Origin: Methanocellales archaeon
GTDB lineage: Archaea > Halobacteriota > JAWCLZ01
DNA length: 25,252 nt
Direction: 5' to 3'
NCBI GenBank assembly: GCA_038850285.1
Contig: JAWCMA010000016.1
Location: forward strand, 1 to 25,252
The notes below the pieces were generated by a model. It ran no database searches. It was not told where the DNA came from and saw only the letters and a program-made list of their open reading frames with translations. The translations under genes and the position numbers were made by a program. Shown here one piece after another: positions 1 through 8,746 of the stretch; within the stretch, counting starts at the first letter, position 1; every line of letters begins with the position of its first letter.

Positions 1-300
1 AATTTCAATTACGCGGTCAAAATCGTGCTGCTTTAGCTCAGTGATTCTGCCACCTGAGATGTGTTTCCTAAGCAACATTGCAAAACTCGAGGGAGTTCTA
101 GGGCTTGCTCGAGGATAGGCTGTGAGATGCAATCTTTTTCCAGCCTCAATTACTAAGTCACTTCGTCCAGTTCTAGTGTATAACTGCAAGCGAATCTCAT
201 CGTAGGTATGCTGATAAATTTTATCTACTCGAGTGCCAATTAGCATTTGAAGTTCACTTACAACTGCTGAAATATCAACGCTGGACATGCTCTGTTTCAT
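1..300 (-). CDS. rqcH: Ribosome rescue protein RqcH / NFACT (fibronectin-binding protein A-like), N-terminal 100 codons; runs off the left edge
   Basis: Not in the ORF track. Manual translation from ATG at 300: MKQSMSSVDISAVVSELQMLIGTRVDKIYQ...LVIEAGKRLHLT...PSSFAMLLRKHISGGRITELKQHDFDRVIEI, the typical NFACT-N pattern (KIYQ, FAMLLRKH, Q-x-x-FDR). TATA-like TATAAAT on the minus strand at 332-326. Confidence 0.92.
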   Translation of the reverse strand, partial: MKQSMSSVDISAVVSELQMLIGTRVDKIYQHTYDEIRLQLYTRTGRSDLVIEAGKRLHLTAYPRASPRTPSSFAMLLRKHISGGRITELKQHDFDRVIEI

Positions 301-404
301 AGTTCTATCTATGCAGAAAGGGAAATTTATATTTTATATTTTTCAGTGAAATTAGATTAGAAATCGAAAGCTTAAATCTAAGCAGTTTGATAAATGAATA
401 ATAA

Positions 405-569
405 ATGGGAAAATATCATAAAGGCATTAAAAAATACCATAAGGGATGCGGAGGGGAAGTAGAGGTTATAGCACGAAGCACTCCTGAACCTGGAGTTGGC
501 TACTGGTGCAAGAAATGCGGAGCAACGCTTGATAAAAATGAGATAACTGAGATGCTGCCTAAGAAGTGA
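405..569 (+). CDS. Small putative zinc-ribbon protein, 54 aa
   Basis: Manual translation MGKYHKGIKKYHKGCGGEVEVIARSTPEPGVGYWCKKCGATLDKNEITEMLPKK*; HxxCG and CxxCG knuckles; CGAAAG-CTTAAAT BRE/TATA-like element at 365-377; the stop lies 1 bp from the stop of the convergent gene. Confidence 0.72.
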   Translation: MGKYHKGIKKYHKGCGGEVEVIARSTPEPGVGYWCKKCGATLDKNEITEMLPKK

Positions 570-570
570 T

Positions 571-723
571 TTATCTTGCGATGTTCTCGATGTTCTCGCA
601 GTTAATATAATGGTCAACTGCGATTTGCAGCGCTTTCTTAGTATCGCCTGCTCTAGTTTTTCTCTTTAACTGTTCTATATCGTCCTTGGTGAAAGGTGCT
701 TGAACGTAAACTAGTTCAATCAA
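571..723 (-). CDS. DUF5371-like small protein (possible ribbon-helix-helix DNA-binding protein)
   Basis: LVYVQAPFTKDDIEQLKRKTRAGDTKKALQIAVDHYINC resembles my recollection of the DUF5371 pattern (LKxKTG...TKxALxxAVxHYLxC). Start moved to TTG at 723 because a GGTGA ribosome-binding site lies just upstream; ATG at 735 is the alternative. Confidence 0.65.
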   Translation of the reverse strand: MIELVYVQAPFTKDDIEQLKRKTRAGDTKKALQIAVDHYINCENIENIAR

Positions 724-812
724 TATATTCACCATTATAATTATTATGCACAACAGATAGATAAATTTTTGGTTATAATTTTGAAAATTTTTTATTTTTT
801 TAGTTTTTTATT

Positions 813-832
813 AAAAAAGCAAATCTTTAAAT
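813..832 (+). promoter_or_regulatory. BRE/TATA promoter for srp54
   Basis: A-rich run followed by TTTAAAT at 826-832, about 27 nt before the ATG at 859; fits a leaderless or short-leader archaeal transcript. Confidence 0.5.
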
Positions 833-858
833 TGATATTGATTCATAGATGAAGCAAG

Positions 859-2169
859 ATGGTATTCGATAGCCTTGGAAGCTCCCTTAAAAGTGCTCTT
901 AGAAAATTTGCAGGTGCAGCTCGAGTAGATGAAGTCACGGTCAATGAACTAGTTAAGGATATCCAACGCGCGCTTTTACAGGCAGATGTAAATGTAAAGC
1001 TCGTTATGAAGCTATCCTCAAGAATAAAAGAGAGAAGCCTGAAAGAAGAACCCAAGCCTGGGGTCAATCCAAGGGAGCATATTATAAACATCGTTTATCA
1101 AGAGCTAATCGCCATACTGGGCAAAAGCTCAGAAATTAAACTCCAGCCTCAAAAAATATTGCTTGTAGGTTTGCAGGGCAGTGGAAAAACAACAACAGTT
1201 GCCAAGCTGGCACGCTATTACCAGCGAAAAGGTTTGAAAGCGGGTGTGATCTGCGCAGATACCTTTCGCCCAGGGGCATATGAGCAATTGAAACAACTCT
1301 GCGAGAAAATTGGAGTTCAATTTTATGGCGATAGAGATGGCAGAGATGCAGTGGCAATTGCCCTCAATGGATTAAAAGCCCTTGAAAATATGGATGTTAA
1401 GATCATCGATACCTGTGGAAGGCATGCTCTCGAGAGTGATTTAATTAAGGAAATGGTGGAGATACAGCGAGCGATAAACGCCGAGCAAAAATATCTCGTG
1501 CTCGATGCAGCAATTGGTCAGCAGGCCGCTTCTCAAGCAAGAGCATTTAATGAAGCAATTGGAATAACAGGTATAATAATAACTAAGCTCGATGGCACTG
1601 CTAAAGGCGGGGGGGCGCTTTCGGCGTGCTCTGAGATAAATGTTCCGATTGTATTCATAGGCGCAGGCGAGCATCTCGATGATTTAGAGCACTTTGAAAG
1701 CGATCGCTTCATATCAAGACTGCTTGGAATGGGAGATTTCAAAACTCTGATTGAAAAAGCCAGAGAAGCTAGAATAGAGGAGGAAATAGACTTAGAAGCA
1801 ATAGTGAGGGGAAAATTCACCCTGAAAGATGTATACAAACAGCTAGAGGCAGTTAGCAAAATGGGGCCGCTGAAACAAGTGCTATCTATGCTTCCACTTG
1901 GCATGGATATAAGCGAGGAGCAATTTGAGATAACAAAGGAGAAGCTGAAGCGCTTCAAAATTATAATGGATTCGATGACCGAGAAAGAAATGCTCGACCC
2001 GAGGATTATGGATAGCTCGAGGATAAAGAGAGTGGCACGCGGATCGGGAACTAGACCTGAGGATGTGAAGGAGCTATTGAAGTACCATCGCACCATGCAG
2101 CAGGCATTCAAATCACTCAAAGGCGGGAAATTTCCAATCCATAAATTGCTGAAGCGCTACAAGCTCTAA
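859..2169 (+). CDS. srp54: Signal recognition particle protein SRP54
   Basis: [19 protein letters not shown]-loop, [28 protein letters not shown]-domain IMDSMT...[10 protein letters not shown]. Confidence 0.98.
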   Translation: MVFDSLGSSLKSALRKFAGAARVDEVTVNELVKDIQRALLQADVNVKLVMKLSSRIKERSLKEEPKPGVNPREHIINIVYQELIAILGKSSEIKLQPQKILLVGLQGSGKTTTVAKLARYYQRKGLKAGVICADTFRPGAYEQLKQLCEKIGVQFYGDRDGRDAVAIALNGLKALENMDVKIIDTCGRHALESDLIKEMVEIQRAINAEQKYLVLDAAIGQQAASQARAFNEAIGITGIIITKLDGTAKGGGALSACSEINVPIVFIGAGEHLDDLEHFESDRFISRLLGMGDFKTLIEKAREARIEEEIDLEAIVRGKFTLKDVYKQLEAVSKMGPLKQVLSMLPLGMDISEEQFEITKEKLKRFKIIMDSMTEKEMLDPRIMDSSRIKRVARGSGTRPEDVKELLKYHRTMQQAFKSLKGGKFPIHKLLKRYKL

Positions 2170-2181
2170 AGCGCTACAAGC
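2152..2181 (+). repeat. 13-bp direct repeat AAGCGCTACAAGC (2152-2164 and 2169-2181) spanning the srp54 stop
   Basis: Read directly; two identical copies with a period of 17. Confidence 0.85.
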
Positions 2182-2187
2182 CCAAAA

Positions 2188-2427
2188 CTATTTCTCGTGA
2201 AAAATCGCTGTATTTCCCCTTATCTCAATTAAAATGGCACCTGTTCTCTCCTGCAGCTCCCTAACTAGCTGCTCTTTTTCAGCTTTTTCTAAAGCACTTC
2301 TTAAAAATTTAACCTTCACTAGCTTCTTCTCCTTCAGCTGCCTCCTCAACTCTTCCACAACTCCACTAGTTATGCCTCCCTTTCCTATTTGAATGGCTGC
2401 TTTAAGCAAAGCTGCTTTTTCCTTCAT
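2188..2427 (-). CDS. yhbY: YhbY / CRM-domain RNA-binding protein
   Basis: IQIGKGGIT...LVKVKFL...IRGNTAIF CRM pattern; sits directly after rnp4 as in many archaea. Confidence 0.92.
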   Translation of the reverse strand: MKEKAALLKAAIQIGKGGITSGVVEELRRQLKEKKLVKVKFLRSALEKAEKEQLVRELQERTGAILIEIRGNTAIFHEK

Positions 2428-2434
2428 TTCTCCC

Positions 2435-2743
2435 TCAATATGGAAAACGCATTTGGCGCCTGCAGTTTAAACACGTAATAGTTATATACTTTCCCCTTAA
2501 TCTAACCCGAGCATTTCTACCTGGGACTAAGAAGCAATGGCAGTGCTTACACATTCTACGCTTCAACTCCCGCGGGATCCTGACGTTGTAGCGCATACCA
2601 ATTCGCCTTCCCAGCGCCACATAAGCATCGCTCCTCTCAGGATGCTGCTTGTATACCTGTGAAGCCAAGTCAAATAAAATTTTAATCCGCTCCCGAGCTA
2701 TTTCCCTAGCAAATTGCTTTCTCTCCCCTCTGTGCTTAGTCAT
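2435..2743 (-). CDS. rnp4: Ribonuclease P protein component 4 (Rpp21)
   Basis: IARERIKILF, KRRMCKHC...PG...RVRL...TCLNC...RFPY zinc-ribbon pattern. Confidence 0.96.
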   Translation of the reverse strand: MTKHRGERKQFAREIARERIKILFDLASQVYKQHPERSDAYVALGRRIGMRYNVRIPRELKRRMCKHCHCFLVPGRNARVRLRGKYITITCLNCRRQMRFPY

Positions 2744-3095
2744 ATAAATTTCCTCAGTAAACCCTCCTTCAATTTCTTAAATAGCCATCATAATTTCTCT
2801 AGCTTGAGGCGCGTGATTGACTCATTTGAATAAATAATATCTCGATTGAATGGAAGCCTGCAAATAGGGCGTCAAGCCAGCTTTTGCATGAAAAAATTTG
2901 GTCTAGGAATACACATTTGCCTTTACTTTTTCGCTTAAAATTTTTAATTTCACGACCAAAAGCAAAATCCCTAAGCTTTTTCACCCTGCAAATTCGCTTT
3001 ATATTCTGCATAAGTTCTTGACCTTCAATACAACACTTAGCCTTGTAAGCTTGATAATTGGACCCCCATTTTTCTAGGTCCATAAAAATTATCAT
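2740..3095 (-). pseudogene. Degenerate YkgJ / UPF0153 (CxxCxxCC) cysteine-cluster protein
   Basis: The first frame gives AKCC...IKRI...KGKCVFLD...SC. A shifted frame from 2871 gives RPICRLPF..., contains an internal TGA (2790-2788) and ends in a TGA that overlaps the rnp4 ATG (ATGA). The leading CxxC is missing. Confidence 0.6.
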
Positions 3096-3191
3096 ATTTA
3101 AGTATTCTTATTTCAAACCTTAAAAGCTTTATCAACCTACAGCTTTTTTGAAATCGAATTAAGTTCGCGAGTAGGTACAATAGTAATAGTG

Positions 3192-3210
3192 TTTTTATAT
3201 TGTATTACAA
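3192..3210 (+). promoter_or_regulatory. TATA box plus palindromic operator-like site upstream of the vapBC remnant
   Basis: TTTTTATAT (3192-3200) followed directly by the inverted repeat TTGTA-T-TACAA (3200-3210), 20 nt before the antitoxin ATG. Confidence 0.5.
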
Positions 3211-3229
3211 ATTTGGTATAATGTGTACT

Positions 3230-3452
3230 ATGGAAGTCATAAGTTTTAGGATACCGAAGGAGTTGAAGAAAAGATAAGGGAAGGCTGGACGTCAACTGGA
3301 GCGAAGAAGTGAGAAGGTTCCTAGAGGATAAGGTAAGGGAGTGTAAGAGAAAGAAGGCATTAGAGGAGCTAGATTTGATGCTTAAAGGCATATCTTCAAG
3401 TGAAAAAAGAACTGCATCGAAATATGTGAGAGAAGATCGTGATCGTGATTGA
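3230..3452 (+). pseudogene. vapB: VapB-type (RHH) antitoxin, frameshifted
   Basis: MEVISFRIPKELKKR* then, in another frame, LDVNWSEEVRRFLEDKV...KYVREDRDRD*. The ISFRIP, NWSEEVR and REDRD motifs are typical of archaeal VapB; the span is 223 nt (not a multiple of 3) and overlaps the toxin start. Confidence 0.8.
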
Positions 3453-3837
3453 TGCATCTTCGCTCTCAAAATATATCCTAAGGAAAGAGAATTGGGAAGG
3501 AATTCGAAAGCAGCTAGCTAGAGATCCGCATTCTCTGACTTTAGCGTTAACTGAAGTTTCGAAAGCCATTGGAAGCACCATGTGTTATACGGAAGAAGCT
3601 CTAGCGATCGGCTCACATTCAATGCTTTGAAGAAATTGAGAGCGGATGTCGTGGTCTTTGAATCCTTTGAAGTTTATCTTCAAGGTGCTTTTGCTTTTGA
3701 AATAGCTAAGAGGAGAAGATTTACTGTTCATGATGCGCTCTACCTAGTAGGGGCAGAGAAATATGGCAGTCTCGTTACAGGTGACGAATTCCAAAGAAAT
3801 AGGTAAGAAGATGGGAATCAAAGTGGAATATGTGTAG
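3439..3837 (+). pseudogene. vapC: VapC PIN-domain toxin with at least two frameshifts
   Basis: MIVIDASSLSKYIL...TEVSKAI | WKHHVLYG...FTVHDALYL...LVTGDEFQ | IGKKMGIKVEYV*. Frame changes near 3570 and 3800 join the two ORF-track fragments into one PIN domain. Confidence 0.85.
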
Positions 3838-3870
3838 TTGAAGTGCATATACTTTTATAATTTGCCTTTA

Positions 3871-4743
3871 TCAGCGCACTATCTTTGAAATATTTATCTC
3901 TAAAATATCCTGCGCTCCTCGCTTCTTGAGCTTGGGAATCAAGGTATTAACCTCGTTTTTGCTGACCACGGTTTCAACAGCGTAGTACCCGGAGTTATAA
4001 AGCTTTGAAACTGTGGGAGTTTTCATTGCAGGTAAAATTTCCACCACTGAATCCAGTTTACTCTCAGGTACATTCATGGTTAAAAGTACTTTGCCCCTAG
4101 CTTCAATGACACCAAGCAAAAGAGTCTTTATTTCCTCAATTGCCTCCCTCTTCTTTTTATCCCTCCAAGATTTTTTATTGGCAATTAACTTAGCAGTGGA
4201 CTCCATTATAGTATCTATTATCTTAAGCCTGTTCTTCTCAAGAGTTTCGCCAGTTTCAGTTAGATCCACAACCACATCCATAAGCTCAGGCACCTTTGCC
4301 TCGGTAGCGCCATAGGAATAAAAGATCTTAACCGGGATACCAAGTTTTCTGAAATACTCCCTAGTGATATTTGGAAACTCAGTGGTAACACGAGAATCAG
4401 GCTTTATCTCCCTCGGCGATTCGATATTTATACCTTCGGGTACCGCTACAACTATTCTAACCGATCCAATACCAGTTTTACTAATAGGCAGATCTGCGAC
4501 CTCTACGACATCTGCTCCGCTCTCAACAACCCAGTCATAGCCGCTAATACCCAAGTCAAAGAAACCCTCTTCAACGTATTTAGGAATTTCCTGAGGGCGC
4601 AGTATCTTAACCTGAGAAACCCTAGGATCTTTAATCTTCGGAGAATACTCTCGGAACTCCTTTTTAATTTCAAGGCCAGCGGTTTTAAATAGAAGCAAGG
4701 TTTGTTCTTCCAAGCTTCCCTTGGGGAGAGCTATTTTTAACAT
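3871..4743 (-). CDS. hisG: ATP phosphoribosyltransferase, long form
   Basis: IALPKGSL, RPQEIP, DLGISGYDW, GATEAK...DLTETGETL, C-terminal regulatory domain (PAMKTPTVS...GAQDILE); GGAGG ribosome-binding site. Confidence 0.97.
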   Translation of the reverse strand: MLKIALPKGSLEEQTLLLFKTAGLEIKKEFREYSPKIKDPRVSQVKILRPQEIPKYVEEGFFDLGISGYDWVVESGADVVEVADLPISKTGIGSVRIVVAVPEGINIESPREIKPDSRVTTEFPNITREYFRKLGIPVKIFYSYGATEAKVPELMDVVVDLTETGETLEKNRLKIIDTIMESTAKLIANKKSWRDKKKREAIEEIKTLLLGVIEARGKVLLTMNVPESKLDSVVEILPAMKTPTVSKLYNSGYYAVETVVSKNEVNTLIPKLKKRGAQDILEINISKIVR

Positions 4744-5038
4744 TTTAATCCTCCAGTTTAATTCGATTTTTAAGAAAATATATTTTAGCTTGATCAGATT
4801 TTATGTTATTCAGCAGCTTTCTTCAGGTGCTTGGTTCACTACATTGTATTCAAATGGCAAAGTTCAATCAATTTTTTGAAATTAATGTTTGGCTTGATAC
4901 TACCCAAGTTGGCGGAGGATATTCAAATATTCCAGTATATTCCCCTTCAAATGAATAATTTATCTCTTTTCCACGCCCTTATATTCACACAATACATCCT
5001 AAAGGATTAAATATTTCCTTTGCTTTTAATACTATGCT

Positions 5039-5758
5039 ATGACGATTCAAAAGGGAGATTTCATAAAGCTATCTTACACAGGCAAGCTGCCGGATAACCG
5101 TGTATTTGATACCACTAATGAAAATGTTGCGAGAGAGCATAATATTTATAATAAAAATACCACTTATGGCCCGGTGGTGGTGATAGTTGGCGCAGGCCAT
5201 GTTTTACCCGGGCTTGATGAAGACTTAGTTGGCAAGCCAGTTGGCTATCAGGGAAATGTAACTTTTGGACCGGAGAAAGGTGTTGGTCCCAAGAAACTTG
5301 AACTCATAGAAACCATACCAGTTAAAAAACTTGGAATTAAACCGCAAATTGGTCAAAGGGTAACTGTTGGCAATAAAACCGGGGTGGTGGAAAATATAGT
5401 TGGAGGTAGAGCAAGAGTTAATTTCAACCACCCATTAGCTGGCGAGACTCTAATTTATGAATATAAAATTGAGGAGAGACTCGTAAGTGCTGAGGAAAAA
5501 ATTAAAGGATTAATTCAAGCCTTCACTGGATTGAAGCTTGAAGTTAAAGTTGAAGGAGAAAATGCAACAATTATAGTTCCATTTGAAGTGTCATTAAATT
5601 CGCGCTTGCTACTTTCCAAGATGCAGCTTGCAAATGAGATCTTGAATAGAACTGAGCTCAAAAGCATTTCATTCCTAGAGACCTATAAAAAACCAGAGCC
5701 TGTCAAAGTGGAAGAAAAAGTTCCACAGGTGGAGGAGAAAAAAGAATCTACCTCTTGA
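5039..5758 (+). CDS. Long-type archaeal FKBP peptidyl-prolyl isomerase (SlyD-like)
   Basis: GDFIKLSYTG...VFDTT...VGAGHVLPGLDE...VNFNHPLAGETL plus an extra C-terminal domain. Confidence 0.93.
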   Translation: MTIQKGDFIKLSYTGKLPDNRVFDTTNENVAREHNIYNKNTTYGPVVVIVGAGHVLPGLDEDLVGKPVGYQGNVTFGPEKGVGPKKLELIETIPVKKLGIKPQIGQRVTVGNKTGVVENIVGGRARVNFNHPLAGETLIYEYKIEERLVSAEEKIKGLIQAFTGLKLEVKVEGENATIIVPFEVSLNSRLLLSKMQLANEILNRTELKSISFLETYKKPEPVKVEEKVPQVEEKKESTS

Positions 5759-6200
5759 GCTCCACCAATTTTAAGGTATACCCAAGGGGGCAAGTTTCTG
5801 GAGGATCTCCAAGAACATTAATTATGGTATATTTCTCCCCAGTTTTAACGCCCTCTGGATGGCATAAATTATAGAGCCCGCAGTTCTTTTCACATTTCAA
5901 AGATTCATAGCTGATCTTTGAGCCTGCAAATGCTCGCCTCGCATCAATTGCAGCTATGATCGGTGCTTCCACCACTTCAACTGGACAAACGCCTTGATCA
6001 TGGACTGCACATTCATGTTGAATTCCCTCTCTTTTGCTCACAATTCTATACTTCTTTCCAATCTCAAGATTCAAACAAGCGTTTTTCAACTTGCAAGCTT
6101 CGCACTCATTAGTGCCGCCTATGAAGATGAATTCCTCGCCAACGTTAGCGAGCTTGACTCCTATTAATGTAACAATTGTTTCTGCTTCTGCTTCTACCAT
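5748..6200 (-). CDS. UPF0179 family protein
   Basis: VTLIGVKLA.VGEEF, CEACKLKNAC, HECAVH, C...C...CHPEG, CPLGYTL cysteine pattern; follows egsA. Confidence 0.9.
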   Translation of the reverse strand: MVEAEAETIVTLIGVKLANVGEEFIFIGGTNECEACKLKNACLNLEIGKKYRIVSKREGIQHECAVHDQGVCPVEVVEAPIIAAIDARRAFAGSKISYESLKCEKNCGLYNLCHPEGVKTGEKYTIINVLGDPPETCPLGYTLKLVELKR

Positions 6201-6210
6201 ATATTCTCAC

Positions 6211-7269
6211 CTACGAGATTACTCCTGTTTTTTGAGCCAGTTTTTCAGCTGCTTCTTCCGTTAAACCCGAGCTGCCTAAAATTGTATAGCGCTCAGGTCT
6301 AATCTTATGAGCATGCATTAATGCTTTAACTATATAACGATCATCGATCCCCAGTTCACTTGCATTCGTGGGAGCTCCAATTGTCTTAAGGGTATTCCTT
6401 ATTTTAACCCAGTCGCCACCATGGAGATACATCATCATTATCGCTCCCACGCCACATTGCTCGCCGTGGAGCGCTGGTTTCGGTGCGATTTGATCTAGAG
6501 CGTGGCTGAAGTTATGCTCGCTGCCACTTGCAGGTCTCGAGGAGCCAGCGATGCTCATAGCAACGCCCGAGGAAACTAGAGCTTTAACTACTATGCGCAC
6601 AGATTCCTCAAGGCCTTTTCTAATAGTTTGGGCTTGATCTCCTATAATTTGAGCTGCCATTTGAGAGAGAGCAGCTGCATATTCACTATAAGGTTCATTT
6701 TTCAATTTATATGCAAGCTGCCAGTCAAGTACTGCAGTTAGATTTGAAATTAAATCACCGCATCCCGATGCAAGCAGTTTGTAGGGAGCTGACATTATTA
6801 TTCTAGTATCAGCAATCAAGGCAAGGGGTGCTTGAGCTTCAATTGAAATCGAACCTCCTCCTTGATCTATCGATGCTCTAGCTGAAGCAATTCCATCGTG
6901 AGATGCAGCAGTTGGAACACTTAAAAAAGGAGCGTTGAACTGAGTGGAAGCAAGCTTCGCTATATCTATGCAGCGCCCCCCGCCTACTCCTATTAAAAAA
7001 CTTGCTTGTGATTTTTTTGCAGCCTTTTTGACTTTTTCAACCTCAGCCATTGAAGCTTTCTTCGTGATAATTATCTCAGCCCCATAGCCAGCCTCTTCAA
7101 GTACATCCTTAGCAGTTCCCCCAGCTATCTCCTTAGTCAAACTGCCGGTGACAATTAATGCTCTTCCACTAAGTTTAAGGTCTTTGCAAACCTTACTAAT
7201 ATCATAAATTACATCGTGGCCGACGACTACGATTCGCGGCAGCTGCATGTAGCGCGCCTCTTTGGACAA
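6211..7269 (-). CDS. egsA: sn-glycerol-1-phosphate dehydrogenase (archaeal ether-lipid backbone)
   Basis: [49 protein letters not shown]. Start uncertain: TTG 7269 (after GGTGA), GTG 7278 or ATG 7248. Confidence 0.96.
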   Translation of the reverse strand: MSKEARYMQLPRIVVVGHDVIYDISKVCKDLKLSGRALIVTGSLTKEIAGGTAKDVLEEAGYGAEIIITKKASMAEVEKVKKAAKKSQASFLIGVGGGRCIDIAKLASTQFNAPFLSVPTAASHDGIASARASIDQGGGSISIEAQAPLALIADTRIIMSAPYKLLASGCGDLISNLTAVLDWQLAYKLKNEPYSEYAAALSQMAAQIIGDQAQTIRKGLEESVRIVVKALVSSGVAMSIAGSSRPASGSEHNFSHALDQIAPKPALHGEQCGVGAIMMMYLHGGDWVKIRNTLKTIGAPTNASELGIDDRYIVKALMHAHKIRPERYTILGSSGLTEEAAEKLAQKTGVIS

Positions 7270-7290
7270 CAAAATCACCAGAGTGATGCT

Positions 7291-8130
7291 ATGGATTTGC
7301 TAGATAGTATTCAGCAATTCATTTATAAATACTATGTATATCCAGTGATTTATGATCAGCCCTATAATATCGTGAATACAATTACTTACGCCTTAATTCT
7401 TGGCTTCGCAATTTTTGGGATTTTAAAACTGCTTCATTATATCGATATCGAGATGAGCGATCGCTTCATTTTCTCAATTTCGCCATATATACTCGCTGGC
7501 TCTAGTTTAAGAGTGATCGAGGATGCGGAGATAGTTCAGCCTCCCTTGAAATATCTTCTGATTACTCCTTTGATCTATGTAGTTGTCTTCACCTTCTGCA
7601 TAACCTCGCTTTACACTTCAATGCTCTTAGAAAGAGCGAAGAAAATAAACAATTCATATGGTTTATTTGCTTTAACTGGCTGCTTATGGAGCTTAATTGA
7701 CCTCGGCATTTTATTTTCAACTCAGCCCCTTATAAGACCTTGGGTTTTCTTCGCAGTATTTGGAATAGGACTTGGCTTAGCTGTAATAGTATTTCTAGTT
7801 GGAAAGCTACTGCACCTCAGCTTTTTAATGAGCAATGTGAATTTAGCGATAATCGCAGCGCATCTCTGCGATGCAGCTTCCACCTATGTTGGAATGGACT
7901 ATCTTGGCTATATCGAGCAGCATGTTCTACCAACATTTTTAATCAGCTTAGCTGGCACAGCCTCGATTATGATCCCCCTCAAGCTGCTTATTTTCATTCC
8001 TGCTATCTACGCAGTGGATAAATACATGGAGGACAGTAAAAGCTTTGCAAATTTAATGAAACTCGCCATGCTTGTAATTGGCTTGGCACCTGGGATTAGA
8101 AACACTCTAAGAATGATGTTCGCAATATAG
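7291..8130 (+). CDS. DUF63 family integral membrane protein
   Basis: [37 protein letters not shown]...[18 protein letters not shown]; several hydrophobic segments. ATG 7291 preferred over the ORF-track start, which lies inside egsA. Confidence 0.88.
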   Translation: MDLLDSIQQFIYKYYVYPVIYDQPYNIVNTITYALILGFAIFGILKLLHYIDIEMSDRFIFSISPYILAGSSLRVIEDAEIVQPPLKYLLITPLIYVVVFTFCITSLYTSMLLERAKKINNSYGLFALTGCLWSLIDLGILFSTQPLIRPWVFFAVFGIGLGLAVIVFLVGKLLHLSFLMSNVNLAIIAAHLCDAASTYVGMDYLGYIEQHVLPTFLISLAGTASIMIPLKLLIFIPAIYAVDKYMEDSKSFANLMKLAMLVIGLAPGIRNTLRMMFAI

Positions 8131-8142
8131 GTGAGCTTTGCA

Positions 8143-8742
8143 ATGCGATTAAAAAGACCTGATACTGGGGAAATGCTGATGTACATTCGCGATCTCAAGC
8201 TCTATATATTACTAGCTGGTGCGGTATTCTTCGGCTCAATGGCTGCGGGCTATCAATATTCTCAAGCTAATCCTGAAGCTATCAAGTCAATTGTGGAGGA
8301 AATTATAAAGGAATTTGCACAATTCAAGGATTACCCCCTCCCAGTTTTAATGCTTAGGATATTTGCGCAGAATACAATGCTAAGCTTCTTAGCTCTATTG
8401 CTTGGCCTTGGTTTCGGCGTATTATCGCTTGCATTTCTTGCATATAATGGCTGGATAATTGGCTTGGTGATCTATGAAGTGCAGCAAAAGCTGGGACTTC
8501 AATATATAATCGCTGGCCTTGTGCCGCATGGTATTATAGAGGTGCCTATGATTTTGATAAGCGTGGCAATAGGCCTTCGCCTCGGGGTGGAGGTTATCAG
8601 GGTAATACTAGGCAGCGGAAATCTAAGGGGAGAGTTTAAGAAGGGCTTGATTATCTATATATTTTTAGTCGTTCCACTGCTGTTCATCGCAGCTTTGGTG
8701 GAAATTTCAATCACTCCTCTCATAATATTCATCTCGAGGTGA
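8143..8742 (+). CDS. SpoIIM / DUF95 family membrane protein
   Basis: [28 protein letters not shown] motifs; AGGTGA ribosome-binding site precedes ATG 8143. Confidence 0.9.
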   Translation: MRLKRPDTGEMLMYIRDLKLYILLAGAVFFGSMAAGYQYSQANPEAIKSIVEEIIKEFAQFKDYPLPVLMLRIFAQNTMLSFLALLLGLGFGVLSLAFLAYNGWIIGLVIYEVQQKLGLQYIIAGLVPHGIIEVPMILISVAIGLRLGVEVIRVILGSGNLRGEFKKGLIIYIFLVVPLLFIAALVEISITPLIIFISR

Positions 8743-8746
8743 TGGA

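Noticed and set aside
378-617. 79-aa minus-strand ORF
   Set aside because: Antisense to the better supported 405-569 zinc-ribbon ORF, overlaps the DUF5371-like gene and has no motif.
843-2120. Antisense ORFs within srp54, including a 195-aa one
   Set aside because: Shadow frames of a conserved gene; Ser/Leu/Ile-rich with no motifs. The same applies to the antisense ORFs inside hisG, polX, the CNNM gene, the R-M genes, purB, rpl11, spt5 and DUF1464.
2788-2790. In-frame TGA in the YkgJ remnant as possible selenocysteine
   Set aside because: Not at a recognisable Cys position, no SECIS-like hairpin seen, and the gene has other lesions.
3137-3581. 110-aa and 61-aa minus-strand ORFs
   Set aside because: Antisense shadows of the vapBC pseudogenes.
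3560-3585. Programmed frameshift as an explanation for the split vapC
   Set aside because: No slippery heptamer at the junction, and further lesions in both genes indicate decay.
7216-7290. N-terminal extension of DUF63 in the ORF track
   Set aside because: Overlaps the egsA coding start on the opposite strand; ATG 7291 gives a normal start.
8143-8742. SpoIIM-family gene as evidence of sporulation (and the hemolysin-family label at 15383-16663 as virulence)
   Set aside because: Both are family names for widespread membrane proteins; no supporting pathway genes are present.
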